In this document: one piece after another, positions 1 through 9,814 of the stretch | Layout: each line of letters begins with the position of its first letter | Position numbering within the stretch: the stretch's first letter is position 1 | Notes under the pieces: generated by a model | What the model was told of the DNA's origin: nothing | Databases searched by the model: none | What the model saw: the letters and a program-made list of their open reading frames with translations, nothing else | DNA from: Candidatus Bathyarchaeota archaeon | GTDB taxonomy: Archaea > Thermoproteota > Bathyarchaeia > Bathyarchaeales > Bathycorpusculaceae | Direction of reading: 5' to 3' | Assembly: GCA_963767735.1 (NCBI GenBank) | Contig: CAVYES010000005.1 | Location: 160,001-224,000 of the forward strand | DNA length: 64,000 nucleotides | Program-made: the position numbers and the translations under genes

Positions 1-638
1 AAAAAGGGAAATTTGAACTGATTATTGGTCAACGCAGATTTCTCGCTAGCAAAAAAACAGGTAAGACGTCAATTCCTGCAATTGTCAAGAAACCGATGGA
101 TACTGTGGATGCTTTAGCTTACTCATTCGCTGAAAATATACATAGAGTCGAATTAGATTGGAAGGACAAGGTAGAAGCAGCTTTGAGCCTTCTTAATGAA
201 CTGGGCAGTATACAAGCTGTTGCAAAGAAACTTGCGGTTTCAGAAAGCTCAGTAAGAAATTATTTGGGATGGGCAGCAGTTCCAGAACCATTAAAGGAAA
301 TGGTTGAGACAGGACAGCTTTCTAGACCTGTAGCAACTAGGATAGCAAAAGCTAATCCTGACGTACAAAAAGCGTTGAAAATAGCAAAACTGGTCAAAGA
401 AGCACCTAGAAGGAAAATACGCAAAGCGATACTCCAAACTAACATTGAAAACCCAACTTACACTCCTGACCAAGTTGCAGAAGAGGCACCAAAAATTAAA
501 TTTAAACATGTCACTATAGATTTAACAAACAAAGCTGCAACCGCATTACAAAAAGCATCTGACAAATATGAAATGGAACCTACAGAAATTGCGACACAAG
601 CACTCATTGACTATCTAAGGAACGAAGGTTTCTATTAA
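1..638 (+). CDS. ParB/Srx-family protein with HTH and C-terminal RHH-like region (5' truncated by window edge)
   Basis: Frame is open from base 3: KGKFELIIGQRRFLASKKTGKTSIPAIV (ParB GxRR motif), then ENIHRVELD (ENxxRxxL) and HTH IQAVAKKLAVSESSVRNYL. Confidence 0.9.
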   Translation, partial: KGKFELIIGQRRFLASKKTGKTSIPAIVKKPMDTVDALAYSFAENIHRVELDWKDKVEAALSLLNELGSIQAVAKKLAVSESSVRNYLGWAAVPEPLKEMVETGQLSRPVATRIAKANPDVQKALKIAKLVKEAPRRKIRKAILQTNIENPTYTPDQVAEEAPKIKFKHVTIDLTNKAATALQKASDKYEMEPTEIATQALIDYLRNEGFY

Positions 639-648
639 GCGAGCTGGG

Positions 649-1221
649 ATGCTGAAAATGGATGAAGAAACTGCGCTAGCGACAATATTTGCAAACACCA
701 GAAGACACAAGCGTCTCGTAGACCTTCTCACTTTAGCAGAATGTTTTGACTTCTTAAGAACTATCTATCCTACTCAAGAAGCTATTGCGAAAAAAGTTGA
801 CCTATCGAGAGAGATGGTTCGAGAGTTCCTACAAGTTATTAACTTACCTGAATATGTAAAAGAATTAATTCAATGTAGAAAAATCGACAGCATAGATATT
901 GCCTACAGACTTTCAAAAATTAGGGACGAAAACACATTAAGAAACATGGTTGATAAAATATTGGATGTTCAAGCACACGATGTTCGAGATATTGTCAGCA
1001 CCATGAAAGAAAACGCAGGATTATCGAGTGATACAGCAAGAGAAATCATTCTGAAAACTAAACTACATAACATTCACTTCTTTATCATCGATTTTGATGA
1101 GAAAGACTATCACAAACTACTCTTTCTCACTAAGGACAGCGATAACTCACCAGCAGAATTGATCAAAAAAGTAGTTGAAGAGTGGCTTAGCAAAAATGAT
1201 GGAGATAGCGCCAAAAAATGA
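649..1221 (+). CDS. ParB-like HTH protein lacking the N-terminal nucleotide-binding motif
   Basis: ANTRRHKR followed by TQEAIAKKVDLSREMVREFLQVINLPEYVKELI (ParB/KorB HTH); no GxRR motif; 10 bp after previous stop. Confidence 0.7.
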   Translation: MLKMDEETALATIFANTRRHKRLVDLLTLAECFDFLRTIYPTQEAIAKKVDLSREMVREFLQVINLPEYVKELIQCRKIDSIDIAYRLSKIRDENTLRNMVDKILDVQAHDVRDIVSTMKENAGLSSDTAREIILKTKLHNIHFFIIDFDEKDYHKLLFLTKDSDNSPAELIKKVVEEWLSKNDGDSAKK

Positions 1222-2165
1222 GTACGTGCCGAACAATAAGGGAAAGCATTAAAGACGTAACATCGTACATCGCAAAGTATCCTGTTCCTCAACAGAGTGC
1301 AGCGCTAGAACTGCTTTTCTCCAAAGCAATGAGCCTAATATTCCATCTAACTTTCTTTACTTCTGCCACTGACAATGCAGCGGTAACTCATAAGGTAGTT
1401 TGGTTAGGCAAGAATGAAACAAATCCATCGAATGCGCCAGCATCAAGTTCGGACACCATCATATATGCGAGGCATTTCGATGTCTTAATGGAAGTTACGC
1501 AAAACACAGGTACAAAACAATGGGATAGAGAGTTTTGTCGAGCTGTAAGACACAGGGATGCATACATAAAGAATTTCAAAAATGAACCCGACGATGTTTT
1601 TCTTGTGTTAATTGTTCGAGAAATTAATGTTGACACTTACGAATCGATAAGACAAAAAATCCATGAAGGCTCTCACATTGTACTTTTGCGTTTTAGTGAT
1701 ATAGAACGAATACTGCAAGTATGCGACATTTCCATAGGTTTGAGGCATTTTGACCTAAAACAACTGTTTAGTACTTTGGCAAGAGACGTGAAAGATACTG
1801 CGAGTCTATCAGGGTATAATCGAAAAGCAACACATACAATTTCTGATTGGCGAAAAGCATTTTTGAAACATGACCAACTTGCCTATGTCGGAATTAAAAG
1901 CTATAACTTAGTTAAGACCATGAATATGAACCACTTGACCGCTTCATACATTGCTACGGAACTTTATACTCAGAAAGAAGTCAAAGCTTATTTCAAGATT
2001 TTGGACGAACCATTAAGAAAAGAATACGTTTCTAGTGGCATGTTAACTTTCGGTTTTGCCTGTGAGACAGGTATCCCTCAACTCGACCCGATTCTTACAA
2101 TAGTGAGCAAAATGGAAATTGAAGAAAGAATTAAAGAAATCTTAGCAAACATTGAAAAAGACTAA
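1218..2165 (+). CDS. Putative PD-(D/E)xK endonuclease resembling the AlwI/BspD6I-type catalytic domain
   Basis: NAPASSSDTIIY...LMEVTQNTGTKQWDREFCRAVRH resembles the P..PD..EVT...Q...E....RH pattern; ATGA overlap with upstream gene. Confidence 0.55.
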   Translation: MSTCRTIRESIKDVTSYIAKYPVPQQSAALELLFSKAMSLIFHLTFFTSATDNAAVTHKVVWLGKNETNPSNAPASSSDTIIYARHFDVLMEVTQNTGTKQWDREFCRAVRHRDAYIKNFKNEPDDVFLVLIVREINVDTYESIRQKIHEGSHIVLLRFSDIERILQVCDISIGLRHFDLKQLFSTLARDVKDTASLSGYNRKATHTISDWRKAFLKHDQLAYVGIKSYNLVKTMNMNHLTASYIATELYTQKEVKAYFKILDEPLRKEYVSSGMLTFGFACETGIPQLDPILTIVSKMEIEERIKEILANIEKD

Positions 2166-2969
2166 TCAAATTAGGCACTCGCTACTACAAAGCCTCTTGA
2201 CTTGAATCTCTGGGATGCATTCGTTATTTTCCAGTTTTTCTTGGAGACCTCTGAGTGTTAACTTCATTAATCTTTGTTTCGGGAAATGTTTCGAGTTTTC
2301 TTCCAGTGCCATTGCTCTCATGTAAAAGTCTCTATGTTTTTCATATAGTTCTTTCCACCTCGAAAGCGAGTTGAATGGACAGAAGAAACAACCGCTTCTA
2401 ACGGGCATTGAGAAATCGTAATCATTTGCCAAAATAATATCAACACAATCTTGTCGTGAAAATCTTTCATCTATTAGAGGAAAAGTGTTAGTGACATATT
2501 CAACACCACTTTCACGCTTTCTGTCTCTTTCTTCATAAGCGATGCCTAGATACTGGTTGACATGCGCTTTTAAAGAACGATAATATGAATATATTGGAGT
2601 AATCTTGAAGTCTCTAGTAGACCATCGCCAAAGTTGGGAAGGTATGACCCTTCGACTCATACACTTATCATACAATGTTTTTCCACTTTTCGATCTAACG
2701 ACTATTAGGGGTACGTCATGTTTCGACAAATACTTATCAACATTTTTCAGATGCGAGTAGGTTTCAGGCACTTCCCCGCCTGTGTCTGCGAAAACTACTT
2801 CATCTAATGGGTAGTCGTTATCAACTAAATAAACGAGTAAAGCAGTTGAATTTAGACCAGCGCCGAAACTGAGTACATACTTTTCTTCTGGTGCGTTATT
2901 AAAGTTACTATGTTTTGGCTCCAAGATTAGCTTCTCCTGCATGCAGGAGAACTTATTGTTCGTTTCCAA
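2166..2969 (-). CDS. PAPS-reductase-family (adenine nucleotide alpha-hydrolase) protein, mobile-element type
   Basis: PP-loop SFGAGLNSTA, FADTGGEVPETY, RSGCFFCPF. Confidence 0.85.
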   Translation of the reverse strand: METNNKFSCMQEKLILEPKHSNFNNAPEEKYVLSFGAGLNSTALLVYLVDNDYPLDEVVFADTGGEVPETYSHLKNVDKYLSKHDVPLIVVRSKSGKTLYDKCMSRRVIPSQLWRWSTRDFKITPIYSYYRSLKAHVNQYLGIAYEERDRKRESGVEYVTNTFPLIDERFSRQDCVDIILANDYDFSMPVRSGCFFCPFNSLSRWKELYEKHRDFYMRAMALEENSKHFPKQRLMKLTLRGLQEKLENNECIPEIQVKRLCSSECLI

Positions 2970-2996
2970 TAAAAAGTTTGCGATTGCATTTTTACA

Positions 2997-3449
2997 CTAC
3001 AGAGTGAAAGCGATGCCGTTAGGGTAATAGAAGAAAATTACTTGAAATATTATGAAAAGGGATAGAAGCACTATAAAGGCTATTGGAAGACAATATACAA
3101 GCTTACGCATTTCAATCCCTTTTATTGTTTTAGGGTACAATTCTGGTATCTTAGTATCTTTTGAAAGGATATTGGCTTGATTTTTGTAATATTCGATATA
3201 TTGACTGCTTCTATATTGGATTAGGAGCCACACAATGCCTAGAAAGACTCCTGCTCCTGAAATCATGATTTTATAGAATGTTAGTTGTGTTAAGTTACTA
3301 ACAGGATTTTGAGTGTATGCCAAAGTTAAAAGACTGAGCACCACCAAAAAGTAACTGTTGCGACTCCAATTTAGAGTTGCTTCAGATTCTTGTCTACATT
3401 TAATGAGCTCTAGTGTTTTTTGTTTATCTGCTTGTAGCTGGTTAGACAT
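2997..3449 (-). CDS. Small membrane protein with about 3 TM segments (RipA-like)
   Basis: WSRNSYF followed by hydrophobic helices; low-GC context. Confidence 0.6.
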   Translation of the reverse strand: MSNQLQADKQKTLELIKCRQESEATLNWSRNSYFLVVLSLLTLAYTQNPVSNLTQLTFYKIMISGAGVFLGIVWLLIQYRSSQYIEYYKNQANILSKDTKIPELYPKTIKGIEMRKLVYCLPIAFIVLLSLFIIFQVIFFYYPNGIAFTL

Positions 3450-3567
3450 AACCGTTTATATAATGGGGTTTTGTTTATTTGACTTTCTGTAGATAGTTAG
3501 CTCTAAACTGACCTATTCAAGAATTTATTTTTGAGTCTTTTATGCTCATACTATACGATTTTCATTT

Positions 3568-3969
3568 TCATTTTCGTATTCGCAGCTTCTTGCGTTTACA
3601 CCGTCAAATTCTTTGTCGCTGCCGACGACTAGTTTGGTTTTGTAGGCTTTGACTGTTGCAACTGCGAAGGCGTCTGCAAGTGACATCGGGTGCTGGGCTT
3701 TGATTTTTGCTGCATTACGCCATAAGTCATCGTTTTCAACTGGGAGGACGGTTAAGCCGAGGCTGGTTAGTGCGCGGCAGCTTTCATGCCAACACGGGAT
3801 TCAAGCGGTATAGGATGTAGTAGACTTCGGCTAGGTTGATTACGTTGAAGAAGCCTTGTGCTTCTTTGTTTTGGATTTTAGACAGGTAGTCCCTGACGGT
3901 TTCTGCGCCGGGCTCGCCAAGGAAGAAGGCTAAGATAGGTTCAGAATCAAATGTTAGAAGTTCTGGCAT
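3568..3969 (-). pseudogene. vapC: Disrupted VapC/PIN toxin, paralog of 4344-4748
   Basis: MPELLTFDSEPILAF...INLAEVYYIL stops at 3784; downstream DNA still matches the 3' end of the intact copy (SLADAFA...VVGSDKEF). Confidence 0.85.
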
Positions 3970-3974
3970 GTTTC

Positions 3975-4347
3975 ATCAGTTTTTTTCTTTGGCGAATTCT
4001 TCTTTTCGGGCTTCTTCTAACAGTTGGCGGGCTGTCTTGCCTTTAGCGAACGGTTTGAATGAACCAAATAAGTCGTCTGGAGACGGCATTGACGGGTTCG
4101 CCCAAAAGCCGACTCTCCGGCGGGTGTCTTTGATTAACTCCACGCTGGAAACACTGTCAGGTCAAACGTCCTTAGCTAAGCCTTTGAGTTCGCATACTGT
4201 CTCTTTCGTTCTTGGCTCGACAGATAGCCTTTCTGTTTTGGGCAGAAGTTTAGCCTTTGATTTTTCAGAGAGGCCATGCTTTTTTCTCAGGTTTTTACGC
4301 ATTGCGTCTCGCCTTCTTTCGTACATCAACTGGATTTTCAGTTTCAT
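3975..4347 (-). pseudogene. Decayed AbrB-type antitoxin remnants
   Basis: PSPDDLFGSFKPFAKGKTARQLLEEARKEEF (about 3975-4090) matches the C-terminus of the intact antitoxin; ORF 4162-4347 has an LRKKHGL AbrB-like segment. Confidence 0.6.
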
Positions 4348-4748
4348 TTTCGTATTCGCAGAAGACTTGCGTTTACACCGACAAATTCACTGTCGCTGCC
4401 GACGACTAGCTTTGCTTTGTAGGCCTTGGCGGTGGCTGCTGCGAAGGCGTCCGCTAAAGACATCGAATGTTTAGATTTAAGAAGAGCAGCTTCTCGCCAC
4501 AACTCGTCATCTTCTACTGGAACGATCTTCAGACCCATTTGTCGTAGCTTCTTCTCTTTTTCTTCCGCTAATTTCGGGTCTTTCCGACTGAGGATATAAT
4601 AGATCTCGGCTAGGTTGATTATGCTTATGTTGCCATCGGCTGAGCCGTCACCAATCTGTTCAAGAATATTTTGAACAACTTCTGCTCCTTCTTCATTCAA
4701 ATAGAAGGCAAGTAAAGCTTCTGCATCAAACGTGTAGTTTTCGGGCAC
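4344..4748 (-). CDS. vapC: VapC PIN-domain toxin
   Basis: TFDAEALLAF, INLAEIYY, SLADAFAAA, GSDSEF; probable GTG start at 4748 by alignment to the paralog. Confidence 0.9.
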   Translation of the reverse strand: MPENYTFDAEALLAFYLNEEGAEVVQNILEQIGDGSADGNISIINLAEIYYILSRKDPKLAEEKEKKLRQMGLKIVPVEDDELWREAALLKSKHSMSLADAFAAATAKAYKAKLVVGSDSEFVGVNASLLRIRK

Positions 4749-4995
4749 GACGTTCAAGCTTCCCCTCTTCCGCATATTCTTCTTTTCGCGCTTCTTCAAG
4801 AAGCTGCCTCGCGGTTTTTCCTGTGAAAATCTCTTTTAACGAGCCCCGTTCCTGGCTGGGTAAAGGTGCTGGTCTGAGAATGATTCCGCATTCGTTCTCT
4901 TCAAAGACGACCTTGTTCGTTATGCCATATTTCTGTCTTAGTTTTTTGGGGATGGTCGCTTGCCCCTTTTTTGTTACGGAAACGACTTCAACCAT
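4726..4995 (-). CDS. AbrB/MazE-family antitoxin
   Basis: MVEVVSVTKKGQATIPKKLRQKYGI; overlaps the vapC start. Confidence 0.9.
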   Translation of the reverse strand: MVEVVSVTKKGQATIPKKLRQKYGITNKVVFEENECGIILRPAPLPSQERGSLKEIFTGKTARQLLEEARKEEYAEEGKLERRARKLHV

Positions 4996-5007
4996 TGCTG
5001 ATCCCAG

Positions 5008-5035
5008 AAGTAATACTTGTACCGAAGTAATACTT
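5008..5035. promoter_or_regulatory. Tandem near-palindromic operator of the TA operon
   Basis: AAGTAATACTT at 5008-5018 and 5025-5035, directly upstream of the antitoxin ATG. Confidence 0.6.
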
Positions 5036-5151
5036 AAGGATGATGGAAATACTCTTAAAGATTTAAGGGACAAAACTTGCGTCCGTTGCAGTATGGCAAT
5101 ATTAAAAGGGAACCGCTGACACACTAGCTAATCAGTCGAAGTTGAGATGTT

Positions 5152-5523
5152 ATGAGCAAACCCGAAGTCGCCGTCACATATAGTCCCTTTAAACAAATTA
5201 TTATTATGGAGAAGACTTTTTTTGGCTCGCCTGAAGACATGGCGAGGTTTACCTCTGTGATTGCAGGCGGCAAACTAGCTGGGCTGTATTGGGTTGAGGG
5301 TGTTGTCTTCTTGTATTTTCCGCTTCCTGCTTCAACAGCCGTGGTGGCTAAAGAACTGTTGGAGGAGGGCAAAGTTTACTGGACTTTTGTCGGTTATGCG
5401 TTGATGCCGAAGTATGCGCCGGTTATTGAAACTAAAGAAAAAATGATTGTGCCAGTCGTTGACATATCATCTGATCCTATTCTTAGAAAAGTTGCCCAAT
5501 GGCTAAAAGAACAAAAACCATAA
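5152..5523 (+). CDS. Hypothetical protein
   Basis: Clean 123-aa ORF with ATG start, same strand as ribK. Confidence 0.75.
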   Translation: MSKPEVAVTYSPFKQIIIMEKTFFGSPEDMARFTSVIAGGKLAGLYWVEGVVFLYFPLPASTAVVAKELLEEGKVYWTFVGYALMPKYAPVIETKEKMIVPVVDISSDPILRKVAQWLKEQKP

Positions 5524-5544
5524 GCCTGCCTTGAAGGCTGCCTT

Positions 5545-5931
5545 TTGGGTGAAATAGTATTCAAGGGGTCAGTTTTTTCGGGCAACGGTGAAGGACGAAA
5601 GTTTATTGAGTTACCCTGGGTTAAACGGCAAATACAGGAAAAGCTTGGTTTTACACCTTACTCAGGAACATTAAACATCCGTTTAACAAGAGAAAGCGTT
5701 TTGCAGAAAAATAAGCTTGAAAAAGCCGAAAAATTCGAGATAAAACCGCAGGAAGGCTACTGCACTGGAACCATAATCAAAGCCAGAATAGATGGGTTGA
5801 TTTGCGGGGTTGTTTCTCCCAATGTGCCCAACTACCCAAAAGATGAGTTGGAGGTTGTCGCCCCGTGGAATTTGCGGGAACGTCTCAAACTGGCGGACGG
5901 CAGCGAAGTCGGCGTCTCGGTTACTGTGTGA
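5545..5931 (+). CDS. ribK: CTP-dependent riboflavin kinase
   Basis: GSVFSGNGEGRKF, LGFTPYSGTLN, LEVVAPWNLRERLKLADG. Confidence 0.93.
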   Translation: MGEIVFKGSVFSGNGEGRKFIELPWVKRQIQEKLGFTPYSGTLNIRLTRESVLQKNKLEKAEKFEIKPQEGYCTGTIIKARIDGLICGVVSPNVPNYPKDELEVVAPWNLRERLKLADGSEVGVSVTV

Positions 5932-7423
5932 CTACGTTGCAGTTCTTTTTTACGAATGCGATGCGTTCGTCTGCAGCGCCATACTTCGTGAGGTATTCGC
6001 CGTAGGTCACCAGCGCCTTCATCGCTCGGGCAGCAGCCTCAGGCGAAGAGTATGCTGGAACGCTGAGCCTGTCGAACCTTGAGCGGGTGTAGAGCGCCAT
6101 TTCTGTTTCTCCGATGTCGCACATTACAATGGGTTTGCAATATCTCGATGCGATTAGGACGATGCCGTCAATGTACTTCTCACGCAGTCCAGGCATGTGG
6201 TGGAGCCCAAGCAAGATTATGCCGTTAATTTCTGGGTCCCGAAACATAACGTCCGCTGAGATTACGAATTGGTCGTCGGTCACTGAGCCAGTGAGGTCAA
6301 CGGGGTTTGTTGTCGCTGAGATTTTGAGGATTTGGTTTGTGTCTTTGAGCTGCTGGAACTCCTCAAGTATGTCGGGAGTAAATTTGTTGACAGTTAAGCC
6401 GAGGAATTCACATTCGTCAACGGTCATGACGCCTGGTCCACCTGCGTCAGTGAGTATGCCTATGTTTCTGCCGACTGCGGGGGGCTGCATGGCAAGGGCT
6501 TTTCCTATGCCGAAGAACTCATCCATGTCTGTTGCCCTTATGACTCCGGTCTGCTCGAAGGCAGCATCATAAATCTTGTCTGACCCAGCGATGGCGCCTG
6601 TGTGAGACGCCGCTGCTCGTGCGCCCGCGGAACTCCTGCCAGTTTTGATGACGACAACGGGTTTTTTAAGAGTCACTTTTTTAGCTATTTCAAGAAACTC
6701 CCGCCCATTCTTAACGTCCTCCAAGTACATGAGCGTCACATGGGTTTCTTCATCGTAAAGAAGGTAGTGAAGAATATCTGATTCGTCTACGTCGCATTTG
6801 TTGCCAAAGCTTACGAATTTGCTTACCCCCATCTGACGCCCTGTCAAGAAGTCAAGGGCAGCTGACCCGAAGGCTCCGCTCTGGGTAATCATAGCGATGT
6901 TGCCGGGCATCGGTCTAGGCGTTGCAACAACTTCGTCTCCTGTGGTGAGAGTTTTGGTTTCGGGAAGGAAAAGGCTGTCAACACCTGTTTTTGAGTAGAA
7001 AACTCCGAGGCAGTTGGGTCCTAAGACGCGTATTCCGCCTTTTTTGGCGATGGCGACCACTTGCTCTTCAAGCTCTACGTTTCCAACTTCTTTGAAGCCG
7101 GCGGTGATTATGATGCAGGCTTTGACCTTTTTTGCGGCGGCTTCCTCCAACACGCCCGGAACGGCTACTGCTGGAATAATGATAACTATTAAATCTACTT
7201 CGCCGGGAACCTCAGTTAAAGTTTTGTAGCACTTAAAACCCAAAATTGAATCTTCATTTGGGTTAACAGGGTAGATTTCTCCTTTGAAAACTCCATGCAA
7301 CTTGTTTTGGGAAAAATTTTTGAAAATTACGTGCCCTGCTTTATCAACTTTTTTGGTGGCTCCGATTATTGCAACTGAGCTAGGATTAAAGAATGCGTCC
7401 AATTTCTTTAATGCTTCTTCCAT
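5921..7423 (-). CDS. acdA: Acetate-CoA ligase (ADP-forming) alpha subunit
   Basis: FFNPSSVAIIGA, LGPNCLG, TQSGAFG, AASHTGAIAG, NPVDLTG. Confidence 0.92.
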   Translation of the reverse strand: MEEALKKLDAFFNPSSVAIIGATKKVDKAGHVIFKNFSQNKLHGVFKGEIYPVNPNEDSILGFKCYKTLTEVPGEVDLIVIIIPAVAVPGVLEEAAAKKVKACIIITAGFKEVGNVELEEQVVAIAKKGGIRVLGPNCLGVFYSKTGVDSLFLPETKTLTTGDEVVATPRPMPGNIAMITQSGAFGSAALDFLTGRQMGVSKFVSFGNKCDVDESDILHYLLYDEETHVTLMYLEDVKNGREFLEIAKKVTLKKPVVVIKTGRSSAGARAAASHTGAIAGSDKIYDAAFEQTGVIRATDMDEFFGIGKALAMQPPAVGRNIGILTDAGGPGVMTVDECEFLGLTVNKFTPDILEEFQQLKDTNQILKISATTNPVDLTGSVTDDQFVISADVMFRDPEINGIILLGLHHMPGLREKYIDGIVLIASRYCKPIVMCDIGETEMALYTRSRFDRLSVPAYSSPEAAARAMKALVTYGEYLTKYGAADERIAFVKKNCNVVTQ

Positions 7424-7530
7424 ACCTAATTCACCTGTTCAGGTATCTGGCTTTAGAGTCTTGTTTTTATGTGTTATCCTTCAAAAGTTCTTTTTTGATT
7501 AAATGATTATTTGCTTCTTCCGTATTAACT

Positions 7531-8376
7531 TTAACGTGCATTTTTTCTAACGATGACTAATGGTCTATGCTTGATTTTAGACAGCATTTCCCAGCTTACG
7601 CCGTTAACTTCCACTTGAAACCTCGCCGCCATATCCCAAACCGTAGCACCTGAACCGGGTCCTCTAGCTTTGTCGGCTATGTTAGTAATTGTTAATGCTT
7701 CGCCAGCGTGAAGATTGCAGCCTGCAGCCGCCAGAGGCGTTGAACTTTTTTTGAGTTTCAGCATTCTGCCTATGATGTAGGTGGGGTGTCCTCCGAAGGA
7801 ATGTATGCCCCTCATCGGGTTTGGTCTTGGCGTAAAGTAGAAGTTTCTGAACTTGTAGGTTTTATCCGTGTCGGCAATTATTACGCAAACGTTTCTTTTC
7901 AATTTAACGAATATCTTCTCACGAATTTCCTGCGCCACTTCATGTGCATTATTCAATGGCAAGCTTACATACGAGTAAGGTAGGTTGGAGCCGTCGATTC
8001 CTCCTTCAGAACCAAACATCAGCGCCTGCAAAAAACCCGCATATTGCAACGCTACTTGCTTGTGGCGACTGCCAGACTCCAACGGGTACTGCCTTAACCT
8101 GCGTAGCAATCGTGGTCCAAAATGGCATAAAATTCCCAGAGGGTATCCCCAGAAAATTCGCATCCAGAAACTTGCAATAACTTTTGCATTAAAGCTTGGC
8201 GCCACGGTGCTCTCGTCAATCATGTTGCCTTTCGCCGTTGAAATTGCCTTTTCCGAAACGACAACGAAATCTCCATTTTCAATTTTGCCACCTAAAGCGG
8301 TGATTACCTTGTCGGTATAGTTGTCGCCGGGTTTCCAGTAACTGGTAGTTAACGCCAACGCATAATACTTAGCCAT
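7531..8376 (-). CDS. CofE-like F420-0:gamma-glutamyl ligase family protein
   Basis: VVVSEKAISTAKG, GGIDGSN, VIIADTD. Confidence 0.75.
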   Translation of the reverse strand: MAKYYALALTTSYWKPGDNYTDKVITALGGKIENGDFVVVSEKAISTAKGNMIDESTVAPSFNAKVIASFWMRIFWGYPLGILCHFGPRLLRRLRQYPLESGSRHKQVALQYAGFLQALMFGSEGGIDGSNLPYSYVSLPLNNAHEVAQEIREKIFVKLKRNVCVIIADTDKTYKFRNFYFTPRPNPMRGIHSFGGHPTYIIGRMLKLKKSSTPLAAAGCNLHAGEALTITNIADKARGPGSGATVWDMAARFQVEVNGVSWEMLSKIKHRPLVIVRKNAR

Positions 8377-8488
8377 TGAAGCTGCACTTTCACACGAATG
8401 CAGTTTACACTCTATCCTAATAAGACTTATAATTTCTTCAAGGAAACCTGAAAATCTAAATCTAAAAAGGCGAATTCAACGACTGCTA

Positions 8489-9814
8489 TTAAGGTCGGTA
8501 TCCGGGTTCTGAATAATTTTGAATAACCGCTCCTCCGCCCTGAATAAGTACCGCGTTGCCTTGCGAGAGCGAAGGTAATCCCCCAGAATTTGGTATAAGC
8601 AAAGCTCCCGATGGTGGAGAAAGATTGGTTGCTGACCCAACTCCTGATCCTACCGCGTATCCTGTTTGTCCCGTGATTTGGCCAGCTCCGTTTACCCTAA
8701 CCGCTATGACACCGCTTTTTTGTAAATAGGAAGTCTCAAGGCTAATCATGCCATATCCGACTGTTGACGCCGCCAGAATCAGTATCAAAGTCAACGCTAT
8801 AACTGTGCCTTTTTTAGTTGGTTTTGGCGCATTTTTTGATGCAACCACATTAATGTTACGTACTCTATGCGCTATCTGGGGATGGGCGGCAAGAATTTCA
8901 GACCTGCGAGCTATCGGCGATACAAGAAACAAGCTTGCTGAAAGCCTATCTGCGAAACGCTCTTTAGGAAACATCTGAAGAACCCCTTCAAGCTTAGCTA
9001 GCACGTCTGACATGACCCTGGGCTGGCTTAGCAACGATGCACCCTTCTCGTCGGCAAGCAACTCCCTTTCTTTTTGAGCTGAAGCTGCGGCGAAATAGGA
9101 TAGAGGATTAAAAAAGGAAAGAATGTTCATGGTGTACGATAGGCTTCTAAACAGGTAATCTCTTGATTTGACATGAGCGAGTTCATGAGAAACGACCGCG
9201 GTTAATTCATCAATATTAAGCATCTTCAAAATCCCCAGTGAGAAAACTATCACCGCGTTCTTCCCATAGCCCATAGTAAAAGCGTTGGGTCTTAAATCGT
9301 CAATTAAGCCGACCCTGGGCGCTGGAGTTCCAATTTTCTGAGAAATTTCCTTCACTTTTTCTTGAAGAGACACGTATTCTTCAGGATACATCATAGTCAC
9401 GTGAAATGCCCTCATTGCTATCCTCTGCCCGAAAACAATCGTTAAAATTAGATAGCTCGCAGCCGCGATTGCTCCCCCCAGACACAATAGACCCGTGACT
9501 GAAAAAACACTGTCTGGAGTGAATCTTCCGATAACAATACCTGAAGTTGTCACACCTGTAGCGTAAACAGAGATTTCTGGAGGTAGTTTAGGTATCCCCA
9601 TTGATATCAGGGTCTGAGGATGAAAGAAAATCATCACAGAAATCGGAATAAAAAGGGGAATCAGCCATATTGTGCTCTGGATTCTTCGGCTTATGAACGG
9701 ATTGAGTTTCAAGAAAACTTTGATGCAGATAAAGGATAATGAGAGAAAAACTACTGAGTAGAAGAAATAAGGTTGAAGGATCTGCGTTAGAAAATCGTTC
9801 AAGCTCAGCATCAT
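8489..9814 (-). CDS. Membrane zinc metalloprotease, M48/M56 (BlaR1/HtpX-like)
   Basis: N-terminal TMs, PNAFT, HELAH, ERELLAD, AHP; overlaps the blaI-like stop; no penicillin-binding sensor domain. Confidence 0.88.
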   Translation of the reverse strand: MMLSLNDFLTQILQPYFFYSVVFLSLSFICIKVFLKLNPFISRRIQSTIWLIPLFIPISVMIFFHPQTLISMGIPKLPPEISVYATGVTTSGIVIGRFTPDSVFSVTGLLCLGGAIAAASYLILTIVFGQRIAMRAFHVTMMYPEEYVSLQEKVKEISQKIGTPAPRVGLIDDLRPNAFTMGYGKNAVIVFSLGILKMLNIDELTAVVSHELAHVKSRDYLFRSLSYTMNILSFFNPLSYFAAASAQKERELLADEKGASLLSQPRVMSDVLAKLEGVLQMFPKERFADRLSASLFLVSPIARRSEILAAHPQIAHRVRNINVVASKNAPKPTKKGTVIALTLILILAASTVGYGMISLETSYLQKSGVIAVRVNGAGQITGQTGYAVGSGVGSATNLSPPSGALLIPNSGGLPSLSQGNAVLIQGGGAVIQNYSEPGYRP

